From: an uncultured Acidobacteriota bacterium
Lineage (GTDB): Bacteria > Acidobacteriota > UBA6911
DNA: 27,633 bases
Direction: 5' to 3'
Assembly (NCBI GenBank): GCA_963827655.1
Contig: CAWHCF010000030.1
Coordinates: 1 to 27,633 of the forward strand
Of the stretch, positions 10,449-20,970 are shown piece by piece. Position 1 is the stretch's first letter. Every line of letters begins with the position of its first letter. Both the position numbers and the translations under genes were made by a program. The notes beneath the pieces are model-generated. The model did not search any database. It was not told where the DNA came from and was given only the letters and a program-made list of their open reading frames with translations.

Positions 10449-10588
10449 GGCAGTCAGCAGTAAGCAGAATCGGTTCCGGCCAACTGTCTACTGCATGGTT
10501 TGGGTGATTATACAGTAAGCAGCAGGCCGTAGTCAGAACAGTACTACTGCCTACCGCCCCTGGTTTTTTCCCAACCAGCCTGACTGCC
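10449..10588. repeat. Degenerate heptamer repeats (RGCAGTA / CTACTGC family) in both orientations
   Basis: GGCAGTC AGCAGTA AGCAGAA (10449-10469), CAACTGT CTACTGC (10481-10494), TACAGTA AGCAGCA GGCCGTA (10511-10531), CTACTGC CTACCGC (10544-10557). Confidence 0.5.
10507..10536 (-). promoter_or_regulatory. Possible sigma-70 promoter for phoR
   Basis: Perfect TATAAT on the minus strand (10512-10507), with CTGACT 18 bp upstream; about 75 bp before the phoR ATG. Confidence 0.35.
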
Positions 10589-11025
10589 CGCGCGTCAAAA
10601 GTATCGGAACATAAAGCACCGGATCAGCGTATGGAGGAGGTGTGTGGGCGCGCCTCAGAGTAACGAGGAGAATGCTAGATTGCAAAATTTGGATTAATCC
10701 AAGTTTCCCAACTCCTAAGCCGCTGAAATTCTGCTGAGGGCCTCTCTCCCCCAAACTTGTCGGGTGGTTAATTGGAATCAACGGCACGAATTAATGCACC
10801 TTGCCCGTATCCGGAAGGGATCAGCCGTTGAACCCAACTCGCCGCGAAAGGCGACCTTGCCTCAAAGCTTTCGCAGCGCGCGAAATTCTTGTGTCACAAC
10901 GGCTGTCGCGCCGTATCCGATTGTTCAGATAGGTTGCCGATTTCTAACCCGATTATTTCCTGGCCGACTCGATCTTCGAGTTGATTCAAACTCAGAACCC
11001 GTACGGGGGTCGAGCATTGGGCAGC

Positions 11026-11041
11026 AGGAACAAATTTTGCG
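11026..11041 (+). promoter_or_regulatory. Sigma-54 promoter candidate for TBDR2
   Basis: AGGAACAAATTTTGCG has GG-N10-GC spacing with TTGC, about 30 bp before ATG 11073; the -24 half is imperfect. Confidence 0.35.
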
Positions 11042-11072
11042 TAATTCGAGAGGACTCGATAGGAGGAGAAAA

Positions 11073-14000
11073 ATGGTACGTTCAGCCAGGCTTTTAGTAC
11101 TCAGTGGTCTAATCCTTTCTGTGCTCATCTCTTTTCCCGCCGCGGCGCAGGATCTTACGTCGAGGGTGGACGGCGAGATCGTTGATCAGACCGGAGCCCG
11201 CATTCCTGGAGTCACAGTCACTCTGACGAACGTCGATACTAACGTCTCGAGGACTGCGGTAGCCGATCAAGCAGGGTTGTACGTCTTCCCGCAAGTGCCG
11301 TTCGGAAACTACCGCGTAAGTGCCGAGTTATCCGGCTTCAAGAAGAGCGTTGTGGAGGGAGTTCAGGTCCAGGTCGGTCTGCCCACGACCGTGCGGCTGG
11401 TGCTGGCCGTAGGAGGCGTCAGCGAGACCGTGACTGTCACCAGCGGAGAGGCCCAGAGTGTGGTCAACACGGTCAACGCGGAAATAAACACCGTAGTCGA
11501 CCGCGCGCAGATCGACTCGCTCCCGCTGAACGGCCGCAGCGTTACCGAACTTGCCCTGCTGCAAGCCGGCGTGACCGGGAGGGGCGACATTGCCCGGGAG
11601 GCCTCGGTCAACGGAACCCGCGGCACCTTCAACAACTTCACGCTCGATGGAATCAATAACCAGGACAATTTCATTCGCACCGACAGCTTCTTCGGCGTGA
11701 TCCCGCTGCGCGAGAGTTTCATTGAGGAGTTCAATATCACAACGTCAAACTCCGAGGTCGACGCCGGATTTGGCGTTTCACAGACTCAGATGGTCACGCG
11801 CTCGGGCACCAACCGCTTTCACGGCGGCGTCTATTACGTTCACAAGAACGAGGCCCTGAATGCCAATTCCTTCTTCAACAATGCGCAAGGACTCGAGAAG
11901 GAGAGGGAGCGGAACCATCAATACGGCGGGTACGTCGGGGGTCCAATTCTGAGGAATAAGCTCTTCTTCTTCGTCAACTACGAGAAAGAGAAAGACCCGG
12001 CGACCGTTTCGGTAGCTCGCGAGGTACTCACGGGCCCGGCCCGCCAGGGAGACTTCTCTTACAGAAGGCTCGACAATGGTCAATTTCAGACGGTCAACCT
12101 GTTCCAGCTGGGGAGGGTGACGCCGGATTCCATCGTCACGTCCTTGATCGGACAAACGCCGCTGCCGAACGATAATAGTGTGGGAGACGGCCGGAACATC
12201 TCGGGTTTCCGGTTTAATAGCCCGGACGAGTCGGACCAGGACTGGGTCGTCGTGAGAATCGATTACGAGCCCGCGGTCCGTCATTCCTTCACCGGTACGT
12301 TCCACCAGTTTCGCTTCGATCTGCCCAATGATCCATTCAACGGTATCGATGCCCCTTTTCCGGGCTTGCCTGGCGCCGGCCAGGAGTCGACCCGACGGCT
12401 GGGTTCGTATAGCTGGCGCGCCTTCTTCACGCCTAATCTGACCAATACGCTACGCTTCGGATTCCAGTGGGCGCCGGTCGACTTCGTCACCAGCGAGACG
12501 TTCCAGCGCGGTTATAAAATCGATTTTTCGGACGCTGGCCTGGGCGAGACCGACCTGTTTGTCAATCCCACTCAGAACTTCGCGCCCCAGGGACGGAACG
12601 CGCCATTTTATGATTTGACCGACAACGCAACCTGGGTCAGGGGGAGGCACGCCTTTAAATTCGGGGGCACGTACCGGCGATCCAAGGTCGATCAGTTTGG
12701 CGAAGGGGGAATCATTCCGGAATACATCCTCGGGTTCGGAGCCGGGAATGACGATCCTCTTACAAATAACCTGTTTCCGGGAGGGATCCTGGCCAACGAC
12801 CTGGCTGTCGCCTCTGAACTGTTGGGGATTCTAGGGGGATTTATCCGGACCGGCCAGCAAACCTTCAACGTTACCAGCCGGACTTCGGGTTTTGTCCCGG
12901 GGGCCCAGAGAGGTAAGAGTGCTTAACCAGAATTTCCTCAGCTTCTACGGCGGAGATACCTGGAAGATTCTCAATAGCCTGACCCTTACACTCGGACTGC
13001 GCTGGGAATTCCACGCCGTTCCCGACGAGGCGAATGGCTTGATCCTGCTGCCGGTCGGCGGCATTGAATCGGTCCTCGATCCGAACGCCGTGGTCGATTT
13101 CGCCGGCGGAGGTGCCCGGCCGCTGTTCAAGAACGACCTGAACAATTTCGCGCCTCATTTCGCCTTTGCATGGCAGCCCTTCAAGAACGGCAAGACCGTC
13201 ATACGGGGTGGCTATGGAATCAACTATGTCGTGGACAATAACTTCACGGCGGCGCTCAATGCTTTCGTGGGAAATGACGGGCTGAACCAGACGGTCTCTT
13301 TGACGGGTGTCAGCGGCACGTTGAGCCGCGGCGTGCCTGGGATTCCCACTCCAACGTTCAAGATCCCGCGCACGGCGCGGGACGGCATCCTGCTCGATCC
13401 TCAGGCCGCTCTCTACACGATCGATCCCAACCTGCGGACGCCCTATGTGCAGCAATACACCATCGGGATCCAGCATGAAATCTTCCGCGACACGGCGCTC
13501 GAGGTTCGGTACGTGGGAAACCACGGAATCAAACTGGGCCGGGCCGTCGACGTGAACCAGGTGGGCTTTCCTTCTGAGTTCGTGGACGACTTCCGCCGGG
13601 CCCAGCGCAACCTCGCGGCCAGCGGCAACCCCGCTGTCGGCGAACCCCTCCGGATATTCCCTCAGCTTGGTCTAGGAGGGTTCCTGCAGGATCCGGGCGT
13701 CCGGAATTGCTATTCGAAACGGCGAGATCGGACAATACGTCGGCGGCTTCATGGCACCGAATCGCGACTTTTTCTTCCAGGGGGAAGGGGGCGAGGAATT
13801 CGGGGCTACCCTGCCCATATCGTACTTCTTCCCCAATCCGAATGCATTCGTGGGTGATATCCTGGGCAATTACGCTTTCTCGAAATACAATGCGCTCCAG
13901 ATCGAGGTGCGCCGGCGATTCCAGGGTGGTTTCATCGGGCAGTTCAACTACACCTGGGGGAAGGTTCTGACAGATTTTTCGGGTTCGCAGACCAACTTCA

Positions 14001-14711
14001 GAGGCCTCTTCGACAATGCCCAGCCGAACCTGGAAATCATGCGGCCCGACTTCGACATCACCCACACGTTCAACTCCAATTTCGTCTGGGAGCTCCCGTT
14101 CGGCGCGGGTCGAAAGTACATGAACAGCAACGCGGTTCCTCGACGCCGTGCTTGGAGGCTGGGATCTGACAGGAATCATCCGGGCGCGTTCAGGTGAAAC
14201 CGTCAACATCTTCTCCGGCCGCGGCACGATTAATCGTGGTGGAAGCCGGGCCTTGACCAACACCGTCCATCTCCTGGGACTGACTATTCCTGAACTGCAG
14301 GCGAAGACCGGCGTGTTTCGGGATCCTGACGGTCGTGTGCTCCTCTTCGATCCCTCTTTGATCGGATCCGATGGCCGGGCCAATCCGGCCAATTTCCAGA
14401 ACCCCGGTCTGCTTCAGGCCGGCAGCCTGGGCATGTCGGCGATATCAGGTCCGTGGTATTCGACTGTGGACATGGGTGTCCGGAAGAGCTTCAAGCTTCC
14501 CTTCAGCGAGGAATCCAGGATCCAGTTCCGTTTCGACGTTTTCAATCTCTTCAATCGCGCCAACTTCAACATTACCTCGCAGCCGCCAAACGGCGCGCTT
14601 GACGATCTTGGAGTCTTCAACCGGCAGGGTATCAACTCCACCAGCTTTGGGCTGATCGACGACACTTTCTCGCCGCGCAACATGCAGGTGGCGTTGAAAA
14701 TTCTCTTCTAG
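11073..14711 (+). CDS. TonB-dependent receptor (Oar-like), split by three +1 frameshifts (about 12909, 13707, 14138)
   Basis: ATG after AGGAGGAG; signal peptide; VDGEIVDQTGARIPG; LPLNGR; DGINNQDN; TRSGTNRFHG; LTLTLGLRWE; DLNNFAP; IRGGYGI; LRTPYVQQY; RFDVFNLFNRANF; C-terminal ALKILF. ORFs 10764-12926, 12892-13857, 13751-14197 and 14148-14711 join sequentially. Confidence 0.88.
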
Positions 14712-14718
14712 GTTCTCC

Positions 14719-14759
14719 TGGCGTCTTTGCGGTGGGTTTTTCCCACCGCAAAGACGCCA
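14719..14759. terminator. Perfect 18-bp hairpin between convergent TBDR genes (octamer-repeat family; likely bidirectional terminator or REP-like element)
   Basis: TGGCGTCTTTGCGGTGGG-ttttt-CCCACCGCAAAGACGCCA. Confidence 0.65.
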
Positions 14760-14771
14760 AGTTCCCAGCCA

Positions 14772-17700
14772 TCAGAAGTTAATCTTCAAGGCGAACTGTA
14801 CTACTCGAGGAGTGGACGCGGACTGGGTGAACCGTCCGAATGTCGGGCTGTTGATGTCCAGGTCGAAGAGGGCAGTGGTGGGAGCGATATCGAAAACATT
14901 GTGGTTCAAGAGATTGAAAAACTCCGCGCGGAATTCCACGTTTGTGGTTTCGGTGATGGCGGTCCGCTTGATTACTCCGAAGTCCCAGTTGAAATATGAG
15001 GGACCGTTGAAGCCGAGCTTGGGCAGGCTTCCAAGCGTGCCGGGATCGGGGTTGAAAAATACCTGACCCGAAAAGGGCGGCTGGCCATCCGGGGCCACGG
15101 CCCTCCCGTCGGTCCCGACCACCGAGCGGCTGACGAAGTAGGGCCCGGTCGCGTCGCTTCCAATCTGGAACAGATCCCTGACTTGATCGACCGTCAGGTT
15201 CGTGAAGGCGCGGTTCTGCGTCGAACGGCCGATTCGGTTCAAGGTCCCGCGCCGCGAGCCGATCGAGAAGGGACTCCCGCTTTGCCAGTTGAGGATAGAC
15301 GTCACCCTCCACCCTCCCACAAGCCGGTTCAGAAACGGATTGTCGACGTCAAAACGCCTTCCGCGCCCGAACGGAAGCTCATACAGTAAATTCCCGTTGA
15401 ACACATGAGGTGTGTCGTACTCCGCGCGGCCACGGTCATAGGCGAGGTTGCCCAGGTCGGTAAAGGGTTCGAAGTTGGTCTGGCCCACTCCGGAAGCGTT
15501 GGTCAGCACCTTCGAGAAGGTGTAATTGAACTGGAAGGAAACACCCGACTGGAAGCGCCGGCGCACTTCCGTCTGCAGCCCGTGGTAAATGGAGTCGGCC
15601 CCGTTCGTGTTCACGTCCGCGACACCGGCGATGAAGTTGGGTGCGAGCGTCAGATTCCCCGCGAGCGCATTGAAGTGATAGAGCCATGCCAACTCGCCCG
15701 CCTCCCCGCGCTGGATGGCGCCCCGAATCGTGGCATTGGTCAGGAGTCCCGCCGGACTCCGCCTGCGAGATCACCGGCAGAGGCTGGCTCCCCGGAATCG
15801 CGGGATTGAAGGCGGGGTTAAAACCCAGGCCGGCCGACAACGCCAGAAAGCCGTTGCTGCGGGCCCGGTAAAAGTCGTCGAGGAACCCGTTCGGACCGAT
15901 GATGACCTGGTTGAAATCAAGGCCCCGGATCAACCTGGTTGCCTTGGTGCCGACGTAACGGGCCTCAATGGCCGTATTGAATCCTATCTCGCGTTGGATT
16001 CCGAAATTCCAGGACTGAATGTAGGGTACCTTGAGATCGGGATCCACGGCGAAAGCCGTGGGACGGATCGCAATGGTCTGATCGATCTCACGGTAGGTAA
16101 GGGGGAGCTTGAACTGAGGGGTGGTGAAGGTCGGGATGCCTTGAGCGAGAGTCCTCGTGAGGTTCGAGAGCGTGACGTTGGCGGCCACCCCGTAGAGGTT
16201 CAGGGCGTTGTCGGAGGAGCGAATGATCTCGTCGTTAGCGTAAGAGAATCCATAGCCCGCTCGCAAGCGATGTCTTCCCGTCACCGAAGAGATCCCAGGC
16301 AATCCCGAGGTTGGGGGCGAAATTGTTCAGATCCCGCTGGTGAAGCCGTCCCGAGACGAAATTGTATTGTCCGTCTGGATCCAGAACGGTCTGGCGAATG
16401 GGCTCGCCCCCCTTTCGCTCCGGCTGAACCATGAGACCGTTCTCCTCGTCCAGCGGAGTGTAATACTCCCACCTCACTCCGGCGTTGAGCGTAAGACGAG
16501 GACGGACTCGCCAGGTGTCGCCGAAGTAAAAAGCGTAGATATCGTAGGTCCAGTTCTCGACGCTTTCCGCGGGTTGGAACCCCGAAGTCCGGCTGGTAAC
16601 GTTGAATTCCTGGACTGCGCGTGGAGGTGATGCCGGCCAGAGCGGCGAGAAGGTTATTGGCCCTCGTTACGCTCCGCAGCGCTGATGCCTCCCGGGAAGG
16701 CGCCGGTATCCAGACCGATGGAATTGGCGGCGCTGATCCCCAGGGTCATGGCAGGGACCACGTTGAACCCGGCAAATGAGTTCACCCGGACAAACTGGCT
16801 CTGAAAGCCGAAGCGCAACGAATGAACTCCACGCTGCCAGCTTGCGTTGTCCTGGATCGTGTAGGTATGGGTGCTTCGTCCCTGCCGCTCGAAGTCTTCG
16901 ATCGGGTTGGTGAAGGTATTGGCGGGAAGCACGATCTTGTATCCTGCCGAAAAATCCTCGGTAGTGTCAAAGATCACAGGGGCCCGGTTCCCTCCAGCCC
17001 GTACCTCGTTGAGGAAGGTAGGTGACACAGTCCACTTCCAGGCGCCGACCAGAAAGTGATTGTCGTTGACCGCGGTCGTGACCTTGGGCTCGGTCAGGTA
17101 GCCCGCGTAAATGTCCGGCCGGTCATCGCTCTCGCGCTGGAAGTTGTACACGCCTTCGAAGGTGTGCCTGCTCGACAAGACATAATCGATGCGGGTGCCG
17201 CCCTGATTGCGGTCGGTATTGTCGGCCTGGTTAAAGAGGAGACCGGCGTTGTTCTTTACGACTGCGGCCGTGCTGTCCGCCGAATGTTGAAGTTGTTGAA
17301 GTCCGTGGGAAGCTGCTGCAGCAATCCGGCTACCGCGGGATCGATCGCGACACCCGCTCGATTGAGAATGTCGAGTTTACGCACCTGCCCATCGAGTCCC
17401 GGTGTAGGTAAAAATCCCGCGTCGGGCGTCCGGAGTCAGGACCAGGTTGTTGCGCGATGATTGCTGCCGGAGCCGCAGTCCTTCGTAAAAGCCGAAGAAG
17501 AAGAGCTTGTTCTTGTAAACCGGGCCCGTCACGCTCGCCCCGAACTGGTTCCGAATCAGCTTCTCCTTCGGAATCCCGGCCTTGTTGTTGAAGAAATCAT
17601 TGGCCGCAAAGACGTCATTGCGGTGAAACCAGTAGAGACTTCCGTGCAGATCGTTCGTGCCCGATGGCGAGACCAGACTGACATTGGATGATCCGAAGCC

Positions 17701-18379
17701 ATACTCCGCACCTTGATTCTGGGTGACGGTCGTGAACTCGGATACCTGGTCCACCACGGGACGGTTCGGAACGAACGTGGTAGCGTTCGCGCGAATAAAA
17801 TTGTCCTGAATGTTGACGCCGTCCTGTGTGATGGCGGTTAACGAGGTCCGAAGGCCCTGAAATGGCCGTCGGCGTCCTGCCGTTGTTGGCTGTCCCTGCC
17901 TGGAGCGTAATCAGGTTCAAGACATTCCGGCCATCCAGGGGGAGTTCGAGGATCTGTTCCCTCGTGACGGTATTGGAGATCTGCGCCTCGCTGGTGTTAA
18001 CCAGATCCGCCCCGCTTGAGACGGTCACCACCTCATTGATTCCGCCCACCTCGAGTATGGCTACGGCGGAATAGGTCTTGCCCACGTCCACTTTGGCATC
18101 CCGCGCGACGAAGGTCTTGAATCCGGCCAGGCTGACCTTGATCTCGTAGAATGCCGGTATCAAAGCAGGCACCGAGAAGGAACCGGCCGCGCTCGAGACC
18201 GCCACGAACTGCTGTGATGTCCCTTGATTAGTTACCGTGATTTCGGCCCCGGGGATGGCGGCCCCACTGGAATCCACCACCGTGCCGCTGATAGATCCCG
18301 TAGCGGCCTGGGAAAATCCCAGGGTAACGGCCAGTGCGAACGCCGTACAGACACAAATCCCCCACTTCACGAACTTCAT
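14772..18379 (-). CDS. TonB-dependent receptor (Oar-like), split by about 8 +1 frameshifts
   Basis: ATG after AAGGAGG; signal peptide; ISGTVVDSSGAAIPGA; LPLDGR; QDNFIR; SGTNDLHG; RWEYY; DLNNFAP; RAGYG; KVPYIQSWN; EFRAEFFNLLNH; C-terminal FALKINF. Removing one base near each of 17855, 17399, 17283, 17277, 16667, 16621, 16264 and 15749 restores one frame. Confidence 0.87.
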
Positions 18380-18459
18380 TGGTAAGCCTCCTTCGAAAGA
18401 GAACGAACCGCAGACTCTTGTGATAGAAGAATAGACTCTACTTCCGATTCGTCCGCCAT

Positions 18460-18475
18460 AGCAATTTCCATTCCC
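18460..18475 (-). promoter_or_regulatory. Sigma-54 promoter candidate for TBDR3
   Basis: Minus strand GGGAATGGAAATTGCT has GG-N10-GC spacing with TTGCT, about 80 bp upstream of the ATG; the -24 half is imperfect. Confidence 0.35.
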
Positions 18476-18649
18476 GAGATTGGCACCAGACTTCGCCTAA
18501 CGACTAAAGTTGATTGACGGCATTACCTTGCCAACACCTTATCCGGCGAGACATATATCATAACTATTCAATAGATTGAAGTTATTTGGCGGATAGTCCA
18601 AATTTATGAATACGCGACGAGGCAGGAGGTGTGGAAACGCTGGTCTCGC

Positions 18650-19396
18650 TTACCGGTCGGTTTCGGCCAATTCTCGGATCCAGGCGTTTCGGTAGCGGAC
18701 GGGACTGCCGTGGTCCTGAAGACCCAGCGGCAGCTTGTCGGGATGGTACTGGTATTCGGGTTGCTCCTGTCCGGTCGTTCCTCTGAGTTCGACGTTATCT
18801 TGAACGAGGACGCCATTGTGGAACAACGTGATGCGCGCCGGCCGGAGCAGGCTGCCGTCCTCGTTGAAGCGCGGACGGCGGAAGATGACGTCGTAGGTCT
18901 GCCACTCACCGGGCGGTCGTGAGGCATTCGCGAGCGGGGGATATTGTCCGTAAACAGCGGCCGCCTGTCCCTCGGGGTTGGACTGGTTGTCATACGAATC
19001 CAGCACCTGAACCTCGTACCGTTCCATGAAGTACACGCCGCTGTTGCCCCGATCCTGTCCTGTGCCCGTGGCAGGCGTGGGCGTGCGCCATTCCAGGTGC
19101 AACTGGCAATCACCGAAACTCTGGTCGGTTCGAATGGCGCCTGATCCGGGCACGATCTCCATGTAATCGTCTTCGGTCCTCCAGGGCGCCGGTTCGCCGG
19201 TTGCGCTGCGCCAGGCAGCCAGATCGATTCCCGAAAAGAGTACGACGGCGTCGGAAGGAGGGCGTCGCTCTTCGTTCTGGACACAAGCGGAACCCGGATC
19301 GACGATCGGCGGCAGAGGCCTATCCGTCGAATTCACGCCAACAGGCAAGAGAGCCACGGCAACCAGGCAGCAGCCATTCATGATTTTATGGACCAT
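18650..19396 (-). CDS. DUF1080 (3-keto-disaccharide hydrolase family) secreted protein
   Basis: Motifs PPSDAVVLF, FGDCQLHLEW, GNSGVY, YEVQVLDS, EWQTYDVIF, LQDHGSPVRYRN; RBS AGGAG; signal peptide. Confidence 0.88.
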   Translation of the reverse strand: MVHKIMNGCCLVAVALLPVGVNSTDRPLPPIVDPGSACVQNEERRPPSDAVVLFSGIDLAAWRSATGEPAPWRTEDDYMEIVPGSGAIRTDQSFGDCQLHLEWRTPTPATGTGQDRGNSGVYFMERYEVQVLDSYDNQSNPEGQAAAVYGQYPPLANASRPPGEWQTYDVIFRRPRFNEDGSLLRPARITLFHNGVLVQDNVELRGTTGQEQPEYQYHPDKLPLGLQDHGSPVRYRNAWIRELAETDR

Positions 19397-19594
19397 GATC
19401 TGAACTCCTTTTGAGGGGGCCGTCCCTAGGGTTCGCGCAGAAATAAGTTCGCATTCTGCCTGCAGGCCCCAGGCGAGGCGCGATCCTCAGCGTGCTTAGC
19501 GAACAGAAACCGGTTCATGATTAACACCGATTCTCGCGCCAGAATGTGAAGTTATTTTTGCGCGAGCCCTTAGAGTTTATATCAAGATGACGCT

Positions 19595-19649
19595 CTTTGT
19601 GTCCTTTGCGGCTTTGTGGTATATGCAGCTGAACAAAACAACCACGAAG
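19595..19649. repeat. Octamer-type repeat element
   Basis: CTTTGTGTC CTTTGCGG CTTTGTGGT followed by a partial inverted copy, AACCACGAAG. Confidence 0.5.
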
Positions 19650-19662
19650 AGAAAACCGGTGG

Positions 19663-20970
19663 ATGCGCATGCTTAAACGACGGCAAGGTGTTCTTCTTCT
19701 CACTGTTGTCCTTTTTGTTCCCATTGCGGCGCAGGGACAGGCCCGGCGTCCGAATCTGGTGGTTCTCTATGCCGATGATATGGGATGGAGCGACGTAGGC
19801 TTCAACGGACGGAAAGAGTGGTCGACTCCCAATCTTGACAGGCTGGCGGCGCAGGGGACAGTCTTCGATCGGTGGTACACCGGTTCGCCTCTGTGCGCGC
19901 CGTCGCGCGCGTGCCTGCTGACTGGACGGTACACTCTGCATCACGGAGTCCGAAACAATTCTGTCGACCTGCCGCAATCTGAAACTACCATCGCCGAGGC
20001 CGTCAAACCTCTCGGCTATGCGACCGCGCTGATCGGAAAATGGCATCGCGGGCGCCTGGCGGACGGCGGCTTTACTCATCCGCTGGATCAGGGTTTCGAC
20101 TCCACGTTCGGCTATCTTGACGCGCGTCACGCCTGGGAGCATTTCCCCAAGTTCCTTTATCGCGGGCGCGATCAGGTTCCGGTCTCCGGTTACAGTGCCG
20201 ACCTCCTCGCCGCCGAAGCCGAGCAGTTCATCCGCGCCAATCGCGCGCGCCCCTTCTTGCTTTACCTCGCGTTTATCGAGCCGCACTTCCTGGTCGAGGC
20301 GCCGGAGGAAAATCTCGCCAAGTTTCGCGGGAAGTTCGAAGAGAAGGATCCGGCCAAACCTTACAATGCCAACTACGCCGCGATGATCGAACGTCTGGAC
20401 GCCGCAATCGGCCGGGTCATCAAGACGCTTGATGACAGCGGTCTCTCGGAGAATACGCTGGTCGTCTTCACGAGCGATAACGGCGCCACTTTCGAGGTCG
20501 GCAACCAGGGCGCCTCCAACTATCATGACAGCAATCGACCTTTTCGCGGGCAGAAGCGCAGTCTCGAGGAGGGAGGCATACGCATGCCCTCGCTGGTACG
20601 CTGGCCGGGAAAGGTCCCGGCAAGCCGCCGCTCAGAGGAGGTCATTCACATGATCGATGTGATGCCCACGCTCGTGGCCGCGGCCGGCGGTAGCCCTGAG
20701 GCGGCCTGGAAGATCGACGGGACCAGTATGCTGGACGTTTGGACAGGCAAAGGCAAGGGACCGGCGCGCACTCTGTTCTGGGAGTTCTCCACCGAAGGAG
20801 TGGAAATGTATGCCGCCATGCGTGGCGACTACAAGCTGCTCCGGATTGGGAACAACCCATTCCTCTACAATCTTCGGAAGGATCCAGGGGAGAGGAGGAC
20901 GCTGCGCGCCCAGGAAGCCGATATGTTCGCGCAGTTGGAAAAGGAGCTCGAATCCTGGCTCAAACCATAA
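19663..20970 (+). CDS. Formylglycine-dependent sulfatase (arylsulfatase A-like)
   Basis: Motifs PNLVVLYADDMG, TPNLDRLA, CAPSRACLLTGR (CxPxR), GKWH, FTSDNG, EGGIRMP..RWPG; signal peptide. Confidence 0.93.
   Translation: MRMLKRRQGVLLLTVVLFVPIAAQGQARRPNLVVLYADDMGWSDVGFNGRKEWSTPNLDRLAAQGTVFDRWYTGSPLCAPSRACLLTGRYTLHHGVRNNSVDLPQSETTIAEAVKPLGYATALIGKWHRGRLADGGFTHPLDQGFDSTFGYLDARHAWEHFPKFLYRGRDQVPVSGYSADLLAAEAEQFIRANRARPFLLYLAFIEPHFLVEAPEENLAKFRGKFEEKDPAKPYNANYAAMIERLDAAIGRVIKTLDDSGLSENTLVVFTSDNGATFEVGNQGASNYHDSNRPFRGQKRSLEEGGIRMPSLVRWPGKVPASRRSEEVIHMIDVMPTLVAAAGGSPEAAWKIDGTSMLDVWTGKGKGPARTLFWEFSTEGVEMYAAMRGDYKLLRIGNNPFLYNLRKDPGERRTLRAQEADMFAQLEKELESWLKP

Noticed and set aside
10764-11072. 103-aa N-terminal extension of TBDR2 in the ORF track
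   Set aside because: A strong RBS (AGGAGGAG) and signal peptide start at ATG 11073; the extension looks like translated intergenic DNA.
6219-18379. Programmed frameshifting or phase-variable slippage tracts in the TBDR genes
   Set aside because: Shift sites are only 1-3-nt runs with no shared slippery motif, and up to 8 per gene is incompatible with expression; an insertion-biased sequencing error is simpler.
6219-18379. Diversity-generating retroelement targeting the TBDRs
   Set aside because: No reverse transcriptase and no long template/variable repeat pair with adenine-specific mismatches was seen.
18481-18496. TGGCAC..TTCGC as a plus-strand sigma-54 promoter
   Set aside because: GG-GC spacing is 11, not 10, and there is no plus-strand gene directly downstream.
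19663-20970. Sulfatase as a Pho-regulated phosphatase or phosphonate hydrolase
   Set aside because: It has canonical arylsulfatase motifs, lies far from the pst operon and has no Pho-box-like repeat upstream.
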